DNA of 64,000 nt from Acidobacteriota bacterium. GTDB taxonomy: Bacteria > Acidobacteriota > Polarisedimenticolia > Gp22-AA2. Shown piece by piece: positions 37,659 through 46,766 of this stretch; position 1 is the stretch's first letter; every line of letters begins with the position of its first letter. Under the pieces are notes generated by a model. It was not told where the DNA came from and did no database searches. It saw only the letters and a program-made list of their open reading frames with translations. The DNA lies in NCBI GenBank assembly GCA_041486695.1, contig JBGPLZ010000002.1:1974-65973 (forward strand), in the 5' to 3' direction. The translations under genes were made by a program, and so were the position numbers.

Positions 37659-38729
37659 ATGATGAGGACACGGCTCGAAAAAATATCCGCCAGAGGGTGG
37701 ATGGCGGCGTCGGGTGCGCTCCTCGGCCTCCTCTCGGGATGCGTGTCGGCCTGGACGCTGCGTACGGCGCAGCCGGGAGTTTCCCTGCAGTGGCCCTATC
37801 AACCGAATGCGGCCAAGATCACTTACGTCGAGTCCTTGACGGGCTTCTCGGAGCACCGGCGATCGGCCGCCGTCTTGAAGACCTTCGTCTATGGCAAGGA
37901 CAAAGAGGACGTGAACGGATTCATCCTGCCCGTAGCGGTCGCCACCGGACCCGATGGACGGATCGCAGTCGCAGACATGGGCCGGCGGTGCGTCCATCTG
38001 TTCGTGCCGGCCGGACAGACCTATCTGCGCCTCGACGGGTCCAAGAAGGAAAAGATCGGCTCGCCCGTGGGAGTGATCTTCGACGACGAAGACCGTCTCT
38101 ATGTCGCGGATTCGGCAGGCAAGGTGTTCGCGTTCGCCGGAGATGGTCGCCATCTTTTCACCCTGGAGAAGACTGAGGCCGGCCCGTTGCAGCGGCCGAC
38201 CGGCCTCGCCTACAGCCCCGTCACGAAGCTCGTGTATGTCGTCGACACCCTTGCCAACCGCGTGCATGCTATGAACACGAGGGGGGACGTCGTTTTCTCG
38301 TTCGGCGAGCGCGGGACGGGCGGCGGCGGGTTCAACTTCCCCACCCATATCTTCTGGTCGTCGGGGAAGCTGTACGTCGCCGATTCGCTCAATTTCAGGA
38401 TCAGCATCTTCGACGAGACGGGAAAGCCTCTGAGCGTCTTCGGCCGGCACGGCGACGGGTCGGGGGACCTGGCGCTGCCCAAAGGGATCGCCGTCGACAA
38501 GGACGGCATCATCTACGTCGCGGACAGCATGTTCGACAACGTTCAGTTGTTCGATGATCGCGGCGAGTTCCTCCTGACCCTCGGCAGGAGAGGGGTGGAC
38601 TTCGGCGAGATGTGGTTGCCCTCGGGCATTCATATCAGCGACAAGGACGAGCTCTATGTCTGTGACACCTACAACCGGCGCGTGCAGGTCTTTCACATCA
38701 CGGAGCGGTATGGACATGGCGGGTCCTGA
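37659..38729 (+). CDS. NHL-repeat beta-propeller lipoprotein (paralog of 33831..35027)
   Basis: SD AGGA 5 nt before the ATG. Canonical lipobox LLSGC. NHL blades (IAVADMGRRCVHLF, LYVADSAGKVFAF, VYVVDTLANRVHAM, LYVADSLNFRISIFD, IYVADSMFDNVQLFD, LYVCDTYNRRVQVF). Confidence 0.7.
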   Translation: MMRTRLEKISARGWMAASGALLGLLSGCVSAWTLRTAQPGVSLQWPYQPNAAKITYVESLTGFSEHRRSAAVLKTFVYGKDKEDVNGFILPVAVATGPDGRIAVADMGRRCVHLFVPAGQTYLRLDGSKKEKIGSPVGVIFDDEDRLYVADSAGKVFAFAGDGRHLFTLEKTEAGPLQRPTGLAYSPVTKLVYVVDTLANRVHAMNTRGDVVFSFGERGTGGGGFNFPTHIFWSSGKLYVADSLNFRISIFDETGKPLSVFGRHGDGSGDLALPKGIAVDKDGIIYVADSMFDNVQLFDDRGEFLLTLGRRGVDFGEMWLPSGIHISDKDELYVCDTYNRRVQVFHITERYGHGGS

Positions 38730-40569
38730 GTCCACGACAGCTCGTCGTCTGGTCGCGAGGCTTGTTCTAGGCCTGGCGTGCTCCTGCCTCGGAGCGGGAC
38801 TCCCGGCCCAGACGACCTCGGACATGGTGAACACGAAGCACAATCTGTCGGTCTCGGGCACGGGCTCGATCCGGGCCCTGACGGAGACGCGGATCTGCAT
38901 CTTCTGCCACACGCCGCACAACGCTGCGCCCCTGTCGCCGTTGTGGAACAAGGATCTCGGACCCGAGGTTTACATCGTCTACGCCAGTCCCACGCTGAAG
39001 GCCGGTCCGCTCCCGCAGCCCACGGGCCCGACGAAACTGTGCCTCAGTTGTCACGATGGCACGATCGCCATGGGCGGCGTCCTGAACCCGGCCGCGGGCA
39101 TCACGATGGCCGGCAGTGACCGGTTCGCCCCGGGCAGCCTCTCCGATTTCGGTCTCGATCTGTCCGGGCACCATCCCGTGTCGTTTCCGTATTCCAGCGC
39201 TCTTCCGAACGCGGAGCTGGCGCCGGTGCCTCCGCCCGATCTCGTGTTCGGAGGCGCCGACGAAGTGCACTGCATCACCTGCCACGATCCGCACAATGAT
39301 CAGTACGGACGATTCCTGGTCAAGGACAATCACTACTCGGCGCTATGCACCACCTGTCACCAGATGACCGGGTGGGTCGGCTCGGCCCATGCGACCTCGA
39401 CCGCGTCGATGGTGGGCATCCTCCCGAGGCCTCCCAAGACCTGGCCCACCTACAGCCAGCTGAACGAATGGGGATGTGAAGCGTGCCACACGCCCCACTT
39501 CGCCCCGACCGCGGAACAGCTGCTCAATTTCACCGCGGCGCCGCCGTCCCCGTTCTCGTGCACCACGGCCGGGTGCCACACATCCGATCCGGCCCCGGTG
39601 CACACCCCGGCCACTCCGGGCCCCTCGGGATCGGGCGTCTCCATGGTCTCCGGGAGGGCCGACATCGCGCACCAGATCGGCAAATATTCGGCGCACCGGG
39701 AGAATCCCGGCGGGATGCCGACGGCGTTTCGGAGCGCGGCAGGAGCCTACCGTTCGGGGCGGCTCGGCGTGGGTTGCGCCGACTGTCACAATCCGCATCT
39801 GGTCAATGACGTGAGGACCGAGGCACCCCATGCCTCAGGCATGCTCAAGGGCGTGAGCGGAGTCGACCGGAATGGCGGGAGGGTGGCCTCGGTCACCTAT
39901 GAATACGAGGTGTGCTTCAAGTGCCACGGCGATGACAGCCCGGATCTCGACTACGTGCCTCGCGTGCTCACCGTCACGAACACGCGCCTGGCCTTCGACC
40001 CGTCCAATCCTTCCTATCACCCGGTGGTCGCCATGGGAAGGACCCTGAATGTGCCGAGCATCCCGTCGCAGTTCGAGCCGACGATGAGCGCGTCGCAGCA
40101 GATCTATTGCACCGCCTGTCACGCCGACGATGAGGGCGGGTCGCGAGGACCGCATGGGTCCTCGTTCGCCCCGATTCTGAAGCAACGCTATGAGACGACG
40201 GACAATACGGCGGAAAGCTACGACAACTACGCCCTGTGCTACCGGTGCCACGACCGGGCCAGCATTCTCAGCGACGCAAGTTTCGGGAAGAAGATGATCC
40301 GGACCACGCCCTCCGGGGGCGGGCACAGCGGACATCTCGCGGCGGGCGCGCCGTGCTCGGCATGTCACGACCCGCACGGTGTGTACGAGGGCGGTGCGGC
40401 GGTCCCGTCGGGGACCGGTTCCCACACCCACCTGATCAACTTCGACAGCCGGATCGTCCTGCCGCTGCCGGGGAAGCAGCTCCCGGTCTTCCAGGATGCC
40501 GGTCTGTTCTCAGGCAACTGCACTCTCGTGTGCCACGGTGTGACCCACGACGCAACGTCCTACCCCTGA
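38710..40569 (+). CDS. Multiheme c-type cytochrome (10 CXXCH plus 2 variant CX3-4CH sites), doubled-CXXCH N-terminus
   Basis: Start overlaps the end of the upstream NHL gene. Signal peptide. CIFCH, CLSCH, CITCH, CTTCH, CEACH, CADCH, CFKCH, CTACH, CYRCH, CSACH, plus CTTAGCH and CTLVCH. Confidence 0.75.
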   Translation: MDMAGPESTTARRLVARLVLGLACSCLGAGLPAQTTSDMVNTKHNLSVSGTGSIRALTETRICIFCHTPHNAAPLSPLWNKDLGPEVYIVYASPTLKAGPLPQPTGPTKLCLSCHDGTIAMGGVLNPAAGITMAGSDRFAPGSLSDFGLDLSGHHPVSFPYSSALPNAELAPVPPPDLVFGGADEVHCITCHDPHNDQYGRFLVKDNHYSALCTTCHQMTGWVGSAHATSTASMVGILPRPPKTWPTYSQLNEWGCEACHTPHFAPTAEQLLNFTAAPPSPFSCTTAGCHTSDPAPVHTPATPGPSGSGVSMVSGRADIAHQIGKYSAHRENPGGMPTAFRSAAGAYRSGRLGVGCADCHNPHLVNDVRTEAPHASGMLKGVSGVDRNGGRVASVTYEYEVCFKCHGDDSPDLDYVPRVLTVTNTRLAFDPSNPSYHPVVAMGRTLNVPSIPSQFEPTMSASQQIYCTACHADDEGGSRGPHGSSFAPILKQRYETTDNTAESYDNYALCYRCHDRASILSDASFGKKMIRTTPSGGGHSGHLAAGAPCSACHDPHGVYEGGAAVPSGTGSHTHLINFDSRIVLPLPGKQLPVFQDAGLFSGNCTLVCHGVTHDATSYP

Positions 40570-40627
40570 TCCCCCTCCCAGGCTTGGGAACGGAAGTCGC
40601 CGTGGCGGGACCGGGAGAGGGCCGCCG

Positions 40628-41983
40628 TCAATGGGGTTTGACGGCGGGTTTCGGCGCGCCGGGCTTGCGGCCCTGGCTCTGCCGATCGTAGTTCTGCGGC
40701 CGGTGACAACCCGGCGTACACCCGCCTCCCGTATCGGTCTTGACGAACTTGATCGGGAGTTTCCATTTCCCGAATGACACGCTCTCCGCGACGAGCTTGG
40801 GGGCACTGCTGCCGTGAAGCTCGTGGCACAACGTGCAGCTGCGGCCTTTCTGTCTGTTGTTGACGTGCAGAAAGTGGAGGTTCCTCTCGCCGTCCCGGAA
40901 GCCGGTCGCGAACGAGGTGTCCGGGTACTGGACCATGTCGCGCTTATGACAGCTGAAACATAGCGCGAACTCCGTACCGGTGTACGGCACGTAGGCGGTC
41001 GTGGGGAATTCCTTGACGAGCAGCTTCGGGTACTGGCTGCCGTGCGGGTCGTGACAGGGAGTGCACCTCCCCTCGCTGATCGGGCGATGAAGCGTGGTCA
41101 TGGCATTGGTGATGACGGACGTGTGACAACCGAGACAGAGGACTCTTTCCTGCTTCAGCAGCAGCTTCGCGTTGTCGCTGGCATGTGGCGAATGGCACGC
41201 GATGCAGGCCTTGTCGTCCTGGACCGCGGCGTGGACGACGCTCGCCTTCTGGAGTTTGTCTGCGATCGCGTCGTGGCATTGGAAGCACAGCCGGGCCCCT
41301 TCGTCGGACAGCAGCTTGGGGTGCGCGGTGCCGTGCGGATTGTGGCAGGAGGTGCAGCCTCCGGCCAGAGCCGGGTGCACGTTCTTCTTCTTCACCGCGG
41401 CCTGGACATCGAGATGGCACCCGAAGCACAGCTCGTCGCCCGGTTTCACCAGCAGAGACTTGACGTCGGACTCGTGCGGGGTGTGGCACGCGGTGCAGTC
41501 TCCCGCCGCGACCGGGCCGTGAGGGTACTTTGAGCTCCCCTGCCCGGCGTGACAGGACTCGCAGAGATCCTTCATCGGCTGCACCAGCAGCTTGGGCTGA
41601 TCCGAGGCGTGCGGGTCGTGGCACGTGGTGCACATCCCTTCCTTGGCGGGGGGATGGACGTGACTCTTCTTCCCGAACGCGTCGTGGCAGGTGGTGCAGA
41701 GCTGCGGGGGCTCCTGAAGGAGCTTGAAGGTCTTGACGCCCTTCCTGGGGTGCGGCGTCGCGGTGGATTCATGACAGCTGTCGCAGGATTCCACCGGCGG
41801 GTGCACCGTCTTGCCGCGCACGAGCGTCGCGTGACACTGGGCAGCCACGCACCCGTTCTGCGCCACGGCGTCGGGCCCGGGAAGAAACAGGCTGCTCATC
41901 ACGAGGGTGGCGATCCGAAGACCGAAACGGAACCGCCGTCGATCGGCCGACCGGGAGTTGTCTCTCATCGTCGCAGGGTTCAC
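40628..41983 (-). CDS. Multiheme c-type cytochrome (13 CXXCH plus 2 variant sites), c7-like repeat polymer
   Basis: Signal peptide. Repeated units C-x-x-C-H-x-P-H-x-S/T-x(3)-K-L-L, for example CTTCHDPHASDQPKLL, CTACHTPHESDVKSLL, CIACHSPHASDNAKLL, CTPCHDPHGSQYPKLL. Variants CVAAQCH and CTPGCH. Convergent with the upstream cytochrome, 58-bp gap. Confidence 0.75.
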   Translation of the reverse strand: MNPATMRDNSRSADRRRFRFGLRIATLVMSSLFLPGPDAVAQNGCVAAQCHATLVRGKTVHPPVESCDSCHESTATPHPRKGVKTFKLLQEPPQLCTTCHDAFGKKSHVHPPAKEGMCTTCHDPHASDQPKLLVQPMKDLCESCHAGQGSSKYPHGPVAAGDCTACHTPHESDVKSLLVKPGDELCFGCHLDVQAAVKKKNVHPALAGGCTSCHNPHGTAHPKLLSDEGARLCFQCHDAIADKLQKASVVHAAVQDDKACIACHSPHASDNAKLLLKQERVLCLGCHTSVITNAMTTLHRPISEGRCTPCHDPHGSQYPKLLVKEFPTTAYVPYTGTEFALCFSCHKRDMVQYPDTSFATGFRDGERNLHFLHVNNRQKGRSCTLCHELHGSSAPKLVAESVSFGKWKLPIKFVKTDTGGGCTPGCHRPQNYDRQSQGRKPGAPKPAVKPH

Positions 41984-42188
41984 CGACCCCCGCAGGTTCC
42001 TCGCGACCTGGGGTCCTGACGAAGTTTATCCTGATGCGGGTCTCGACGATAGTCCGTTCCTGTCGATCGGACGTCGGAGATCATGTCGCACAGAGCATCG
42101 ATCCACCGCGACGAAGCCACCGAGTGTCGGTTGCTCTATCATGGGGCCGCATCGCGGTTCGTCGGAATGGGGAGCGCTTCACAGCGTC

Positions 42189-43778
42189 ATGATGGTCGAG
42201 CAATCGCAGGATGCCGGCAGCAGGCCCGCGGGCGGGAGGCTTCGCGGCCTCCTGGGATCGCCGCGCTCGTACTGGCTCACGCGCTTCGTGATCCTCCGGC
42301 TGCTCGGTCTCGTCTACTTCGTCGCCTTCCTGTCGCTGGCGCAGCAAGTGCTGCCGCTCATCGGACGCGACGGTTTGCTGCCGGCCCACCTGTTCCTCGA
42401 TCGCGTCGCGGCGCACTTCGGGTCGCGCCTCGGCGGCTTCGAGCAGATCCCGAGCCTCTTCTGGCTCGGGCTTCCGGATCGCTGGCTCGCCGGCCTCGCC
42501 TGGGCCGGCGCGGGCTTGTCACTCCTCGTGCTCCTCGGGTTCGCCAACGCGCTCCTCATGCTGCTGCTCTGGGCGCTCTACTTCTCCTTCGTCCAGATCG
42601 GTCAGGACTGGTACGGCTACGGCTGGGAGATCCAGCTGCTCGAGACCGGCTTTCTCGCCATCTTTCTCTGCCCGCTGCTCGATGGCCGGCCCTTCCCGCG
42701 CCGAGCGCCGCCGGCCGCGGTCGTCTGGCTGTTTCGCTGGCTCATCGTCCGGATCATGCTGGGAGCGGGGCTCATCAAGCTGCGGGGCGATTCCTGCTGG
42801 CGCGATTTGACCTGTCTCGATTTCCACTACGAGACGCAGCCGATCCCGAATCCTTTGAGCCGGACCCTCCACTTCATGCCGCGCTGGTTCGGGAAGCTCG
42901 GGGTGCTCACCAACCACCTGAGCGAGCTGGTCGCGCCCTGGTTCGCCTTCGGACCACGCGCGGCCCGGCACGTCGCCGGCCTCCTGATGCTGTCATTCCA
43001 GGTCGTCCTGATCGCCAGCGGCAACCTGTCGTTCCTGAACTGGCTGACGATCGTGCCGATCCTCGCCTGCTTCGACGATTCGCTGCTGCGCCGCGTGCTT
43101 CCAAGGCGGCTGGTCGCGGCGGCTGACCGCGCCGCCGGGCGGGCCCGGCCGTCCCGCGCGCAGAATGTCGCCGTCATGGCGCTGGTCGCGGTCGTGATGG
43201 TGCTCAGCATTGATCCGGCGATGAACCTGTTGTCGCGCCACCAGGCGATGAACACCTCGTTCAACCGTCTCGCTCTCGTGAACACCTATGGCGCTTTCGG
43301 CAGCGTCGGGCGGGAGCGGCCGCAGATCATTTTCGAGGGGACCGACGACCCGACGCCGACGGAGCAAAGCGTCTGGAAGCCGTATGACTACAAGTGCCAG
43401 CCCTCCGATCCAAACCGGAGGCCGTGCGTCATCTCGCCCTACCACTATCGTCTCGACTGGCAGATCTGGTTCGCCGCGATGTCGAGCCCCACGCGCTACC
43501 CCTGGACGCTGCACCTCGTCTGGAAGCTGCTGCACAACGATCCGGGCGCCCTGGGGCTCCTGGCCGGCAATCCGTTCCCCGACGCGCCGCCGCGATTCGT
43601 GCGGGCGCAGCTCTACCGCTACGAGTTCGCGCCGCCCGGCGATCCGCGCGGCGCCTGGTGGCGGCGGACGCTGGTCGGAAGCTGGCTCCCGCCGCTGTCA
43701 GCCGACGATCCGCGGCTGCGGCGCTGGCTCGCCGCCTATGGCTGGCTCACCTCCGACCCGGACCTCAGGCCTCTTTGA
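42189..43778 (+). CDS. Lipase maturation factor (LMF1/DUF1222)-family polytopic membrane protein
   Basis: Multiple TM helices. Conserved LMF-like segments (WLTRFVILRLLGLVYFVAFLSL; QDWYGYGWEIQLLETGFLAIFLCP; FHYETQPIPN). The start is uncertain: ATG at 42189/42192 or 42141. Confidence 0.55.
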   Translation: MMVEQSQDAGSRPAGGRLRGLLGSPRSYWLTRFVILRLLGLVYFVAFLSLAQQVLPLIGRDGLLPAHLFLDRVAAHFGSRLGGFEQIPSLFWLGLPDRWLAGLAWAGAGLSLLVLLGFANALLMLLLWALYFSFVQIGQDWYGYGWEIQLLETGFLAIFLCPLLDGRPFPRRAPPAAVVWLFRWLIVRIMLGAGLIKLRGDSCWRDLTCLDFHYETQPIPNPLSRTLHFMPRWFGKLGVLTNHLSELVAPWFAFGPRAARHVAGLLMLSFQVVLIASGNLSFLNWLTIVPILACFDDSLLRRVLPRRLVAAADRAAGRARPSRAQNVAVMALVAVVMVLSIDPAMNLLSRHQAMNTSFNRLALVNTYGAFGSVGRERPQIIFEGTDDPTPTEQSVWKPYDYKCQPSDPNRRPCVISPYHYRLDWQIWFAAMSSPTRYPWTLHLVWKLLHNDPGALGLLAGNPFPDAPPRFVRAQLYRYEFAPPGDPRGAWWRRTLVGSWLPPLSADDPRLRRWLAAYGWLTSDPDLRPL

Positions 43779-44424
43779 TCGTGGTCGGTTCCTTTGGAGC
43801 GGCGGCGCGGTACGAGGGGCGCGCCTTGATCCGCCCGATCCAGGCAGCCAGGCCCGGGTATTTGGGGTCGGGCAGGATGCCCAGGAGCTGCAGCGAACCG
43901 GCGATCGGGGCCGCGAGGGCGGCGTCGGCGAGGGAGAAGAGGTCGCCTCCGAACCAGGTCTTGCCCTGGATCTCCTTCTCCAGGCGAGCCAGATGCTCGT
44001 GCACCTTGAGGCGCGATTCCTCGAGCTGCTTGTGGTCTACCTTGTCGGCCTTCTTGCGGGTCAGAAAGGGCGGCGTGTACTCGAACTGCGACATCGTCAT
44101 GCTGCGGATCGCCGGACCGAAATACTGGTCGGCGGTGTCCTCGAGCAGCCGGATCCGCGCCCGCTCGTAGGGATCGCGCGGCAGCATCGGCGGCTCGGGG
44201 TAGGCGTCCTCGAGGTACTCGTTGATCACGGTCGATTCGTACAGGGTCCGGCCGTCGTCGAACTCCAGGACCGGCGTCAGGCGGAACGGATTCAGGCGGG
44301 CGAAGGCCGGGCTCTCGTTCTTGTTCTCCGGGACGATCGTTTCGTAGGGGACTTTCTTCTCGGCCAGGGCGATGCGGACCTTCCAGCCGTAGGGTGAACG
44401 TTCGAAGTTGTGCAACTTCAGCAT
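43765..44424 (-). CDS. Glutathione S-transferase family protein
   Basis: N-terminal thioredoxin-like GST domain (MLKLHNFERSPYGWKVRIALAEKKVPYE). C-terminal helical GST_C region. Its 3' end overlaps the convergent LMF gene end by 14 nt. Confidence 0.8.
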   Translation of the reverse strand: MLKLHNFERSPYGWKVRIALAEKKVPYETIVPENKNESPAFARLNPFRLTPVLEFDDGRTLYESTVINEYLEDAYPEPPMLPRDPYERARIRLLEDTADQYFGPAIRSMTMSQFEYTPPFLTRKKADKVDHKQLEESRLKVHEHLARLEKEIQGKTWFGGDLFSLADAALAAPIAGSLQLLGILPDPKYPGLAAWIGRIKARPSYRAAAPKEPTTIKEA

Positions 44425-44478
44425 GGGGAATACCTCCGAGGCATCGTACCCTTGGTCGGCCGGGGCGTCAAACCAAAC

Positions 44479-45717
44479 CTAATGGTGCATGCCGGCATGC
44501 CCCGCCCCTCCATGCGCGCCGAAGCGGACTCTGAGGAACACCTGAAGCGAGACCGGGCCGCCGCCGTAGGTCGGGGTGAGCGCCTGGTCGAAGCGGTAGA
44601 CGGTCACCCCGGCCCCGGCGCCGCACTCAGTTTCCTGAAGACGCGGCAGGTCGCGGACATAGCCGATCGTTCCGGCCTGCACCGTGGTCCGGGCGGGTGG
44701 GACGTTGGCCGGCCTCTGCGTCTTGTTCACCAGCTCGTACCGGTCGCGGTCGACGCTCTCGATCCGGCCGTAGAGGAAGTTGCGTTCGCGGAATTTCCAG
44801 GTTGCCTCGAGGCCGTTTCCCCATTCAATTTGATCTCCGGGGAGCAGGTTGCGGCCGAGGATCAGGGAGGCCGCGAGGAACCCCCCGGTCGTCGTCTTCA
44901 TATATTCGATCGAGCCAGTCTGCCGGGTCTGATCGCCTTCCTCGATCGCCTCAGGGTCCTTCCGCCGGGCGGCGGAGAGCTGCATCGTCAGGCCCCCGCC
45001 CGGCCGTACGGTCAGCCGGCCGGCATAGGAATCGATCGACCCTTGCTCGAGATCCCAGCGGTTCTCGTCCGGCTCCCGTCCGTGGAAGGCCGAGCCCTCG
45101 AGGGTCGCCTTGAAGGCCCGGATCCCGACGGTGACGACGTCGGCCGAGATGTGGGTCGAGTCCTGATTGTGGTGCGCCAGCGGCGCCGTCGGGTTCTCGG
45201 AAGCCGATGACCGGTGCGGGTAGGCGGTCGGGCCGACGGCCGGCTCGCCCCGCGGCGCGGCGTACAGCAGGAGGCCGGTATGCTTCGAGAGGCTGCGCTC
45301 CCAGCGGGCCGCGAGCTCGACGAAGAGATCGTGGGGATGCTGCCGATCGACCAGCAGCTTCCCGCCGTAGGTCTCGCCGCGCTGGAACAGCTCTCCGGAG
45401 CCCTCGGGTGGAACCGTCGCCGGCTCGATGGTGAAGGTGCCGAGGAAGCTCAGCGTTCCGCCCCGCAGGGGGCGCGAGGCTCCGGTCATGAAATGGTTGG
45501 CCGACTCGAAGCCGCGCGAGGAGAGTCGCCCGCCCTGACGGTTCGTGGTGAGAAAGGCGTAACCGTGGAAGAATTTCGACCAGCGTTCGCCTTGGGCGCT
45601 GGCGGCGGCTCCCGGCGCTTCTCCGGCCGCGCTCGTCGCGGCCGGCGCCTCATCGGCGCGCGCCGGGGCCGCCAGTTGGGCGATCGTCGCCAGGAGTACA
45701 ATGCCGTGGCGCATCAT
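44479..45717 (-). CDS. Secreted hypothetical protein, possibly an outer-membrane beta-barrel, with a His-rich C-terminal tail
   Basis: Signal peptide (MMRHGIVLLATIAQLAAPARA-DE). Alternating hydrophobic pattern. C-terminus ...LQVFLRVRFGAHGGAGHAGMHH. No family motif recognised. Confidence 0.4.
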   Translation of the reverse strand: MMRHGIVLLATIAQLAAPARADEAPAATSAAGEAPGAAASAQGERWSKFFHGYAFLTTNRQGGRLSSRGFESANHFMTGASRPLRGGTLSFLGTFTIEPATVPPEGSGELFQRGETYGGKLLVDRQHPHDLFVELAARWERSLSKHTGLLLYAAPRGEPAVGPTAYPHRSSASENPTAPLAHHNQDSTHISADVVTVGIRAFKATLEGSAFHGREPDENRWDLEQGSIDSYAGRLTVRPGGGLTMQLSAARRKDPEAIEEGDQTRQTGSIEYMKTTTGGFLAASLILGRNLLPGDQIEWGNGLEATWKFRERNFLYGRIESVDRDRYELVNKTQRPANVPPARTTVQAGTIGYVRDLPRLQETECGAGAGVTVYRFDQALTPTYGGGPVSLQVFLRVRFGAHGGAGHAGMHH

Positions 45718-45755
45718 TCGAGCGGCGCGAGGCCGGGGTCGCGCGAGGGAGCACC

Positions 45756-46706
45756 ATGCAGATGAGGGTCGAGGTGGAGGCCGCGGAGCGGCGTATCCGG
45801 GAGCATGTCCGCGAGACTCCCGTCGAGGAGTCGCTCGCCCTCGGACGCGCCGGCTCCGGCCCGGCGCACCTCAAGCTGGAGAATCTGCAGGCGACGGGCT
45901 CCTTCAAGCTGCGGGGTGCGATGAACCGGCTTTTGTCGCTGACGCCGGAGGAGCGCGCGCGCGGCATCGTGACCGCGTCGTCCGGCAATCACGGGGCCGC
46001 GATGGCGCGCGGCCTCAAGGTGCTGGGCGCGCCCGGCATCATCTTCGTTCCCGAGAACGCCTCGCCCGCCAAGGTCGCGAACATCCGGGCTTATGGCACC
46101 GAGGTCCGGATGCACGGGCTCGACAGCGGCCTGACCGAAGTCTTCGCGCGCCGCTTCGCGGGCGAGCGGGGCGTGCCGTACATCTCCCCCTACAACGATC
46201 CGATCGTCGTCGCCGGCCAGGGAACGGTCGGCGCGGAGCTCCACCGGCAGCTCGCCTCGATCGAGACGCTGTACGTCGCGCTCGGGGGCGGCGGTTTGAT
46301 CGCCGGCATCGCCGGCTTCCTGAAGGAGAGCGGGCGCCGGGTCGACGTGGTCGCCTGCTCGCCGGAGAACTCGGCGGTGATGCACCACTCGCTGGCGGCC
46401 GGCCGGATCCTGACCATGGAGTCGAAGCCGACGCTCTCCGACGGCACGGCGGGAGCGGTCGACGAGGACACCATCACCTTCGATCTCTGCCGCCGCTACG
46501 TGGATCGCGCCCTGCTCGTGACCGAGGATGAGATCCGGGAGGCGATGCGGCTGGTGATCGATCATCATCACACTCTCATCGAAGGCGCGGCGGGGGTGGC
46601 GGTCGCCGCCTACCTCAAGGATCGCGATCGAGCGGCCGGCCGCGGCGCCGTGATCGTCCTGTGCGGCGCCAACATCGCACGCGAGCGGCTCAAAGAGGTG
46701 CTCTGA
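45756..46706 (+). CDS. Threonine/serine dehydratase (PLP-dependent, fold type II; catabolic-type threonine ammonia-lyase)
   Basis: PLP-lysine motif GSFKLRGA. Glycine-rich loop region. At 316 aa there is no C-terminal ACT regulatory domain. Confidence 0.8.
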   Translation: MQMRVEVEAAERRIREHVRETPVEESLALGRAGSGPAHLKLENLQATGSFKLRGAMNRLLSLTPEERARGIVTASSGNHGAAMARGLKVLGAPGIIFVPENASPAKVANIRAYGTEVRMHGLDSGLTEVFARRFAGERGVPYISPYNDPIVVAGQGTVGAELHRQLASIETLYVALGGGGLIAGIAGFLKESGRRVDVVACSPENSAVMHHSLAAGRILTMESKPTLSDGTAGAVDEDTITFDLCRRYVDRALLVTEDEIREAMRLVIDHHHTLIEGAAGVAVAAYLKDRDRAAGRGAVIVLCGANIARERLKEVL

Positions 46707-46766
46707 CGACCGCCCGGCGCTGCCCCGTGCAAAGGCCGCCATTCTAGCGTATCCTAATCGGCGCCG

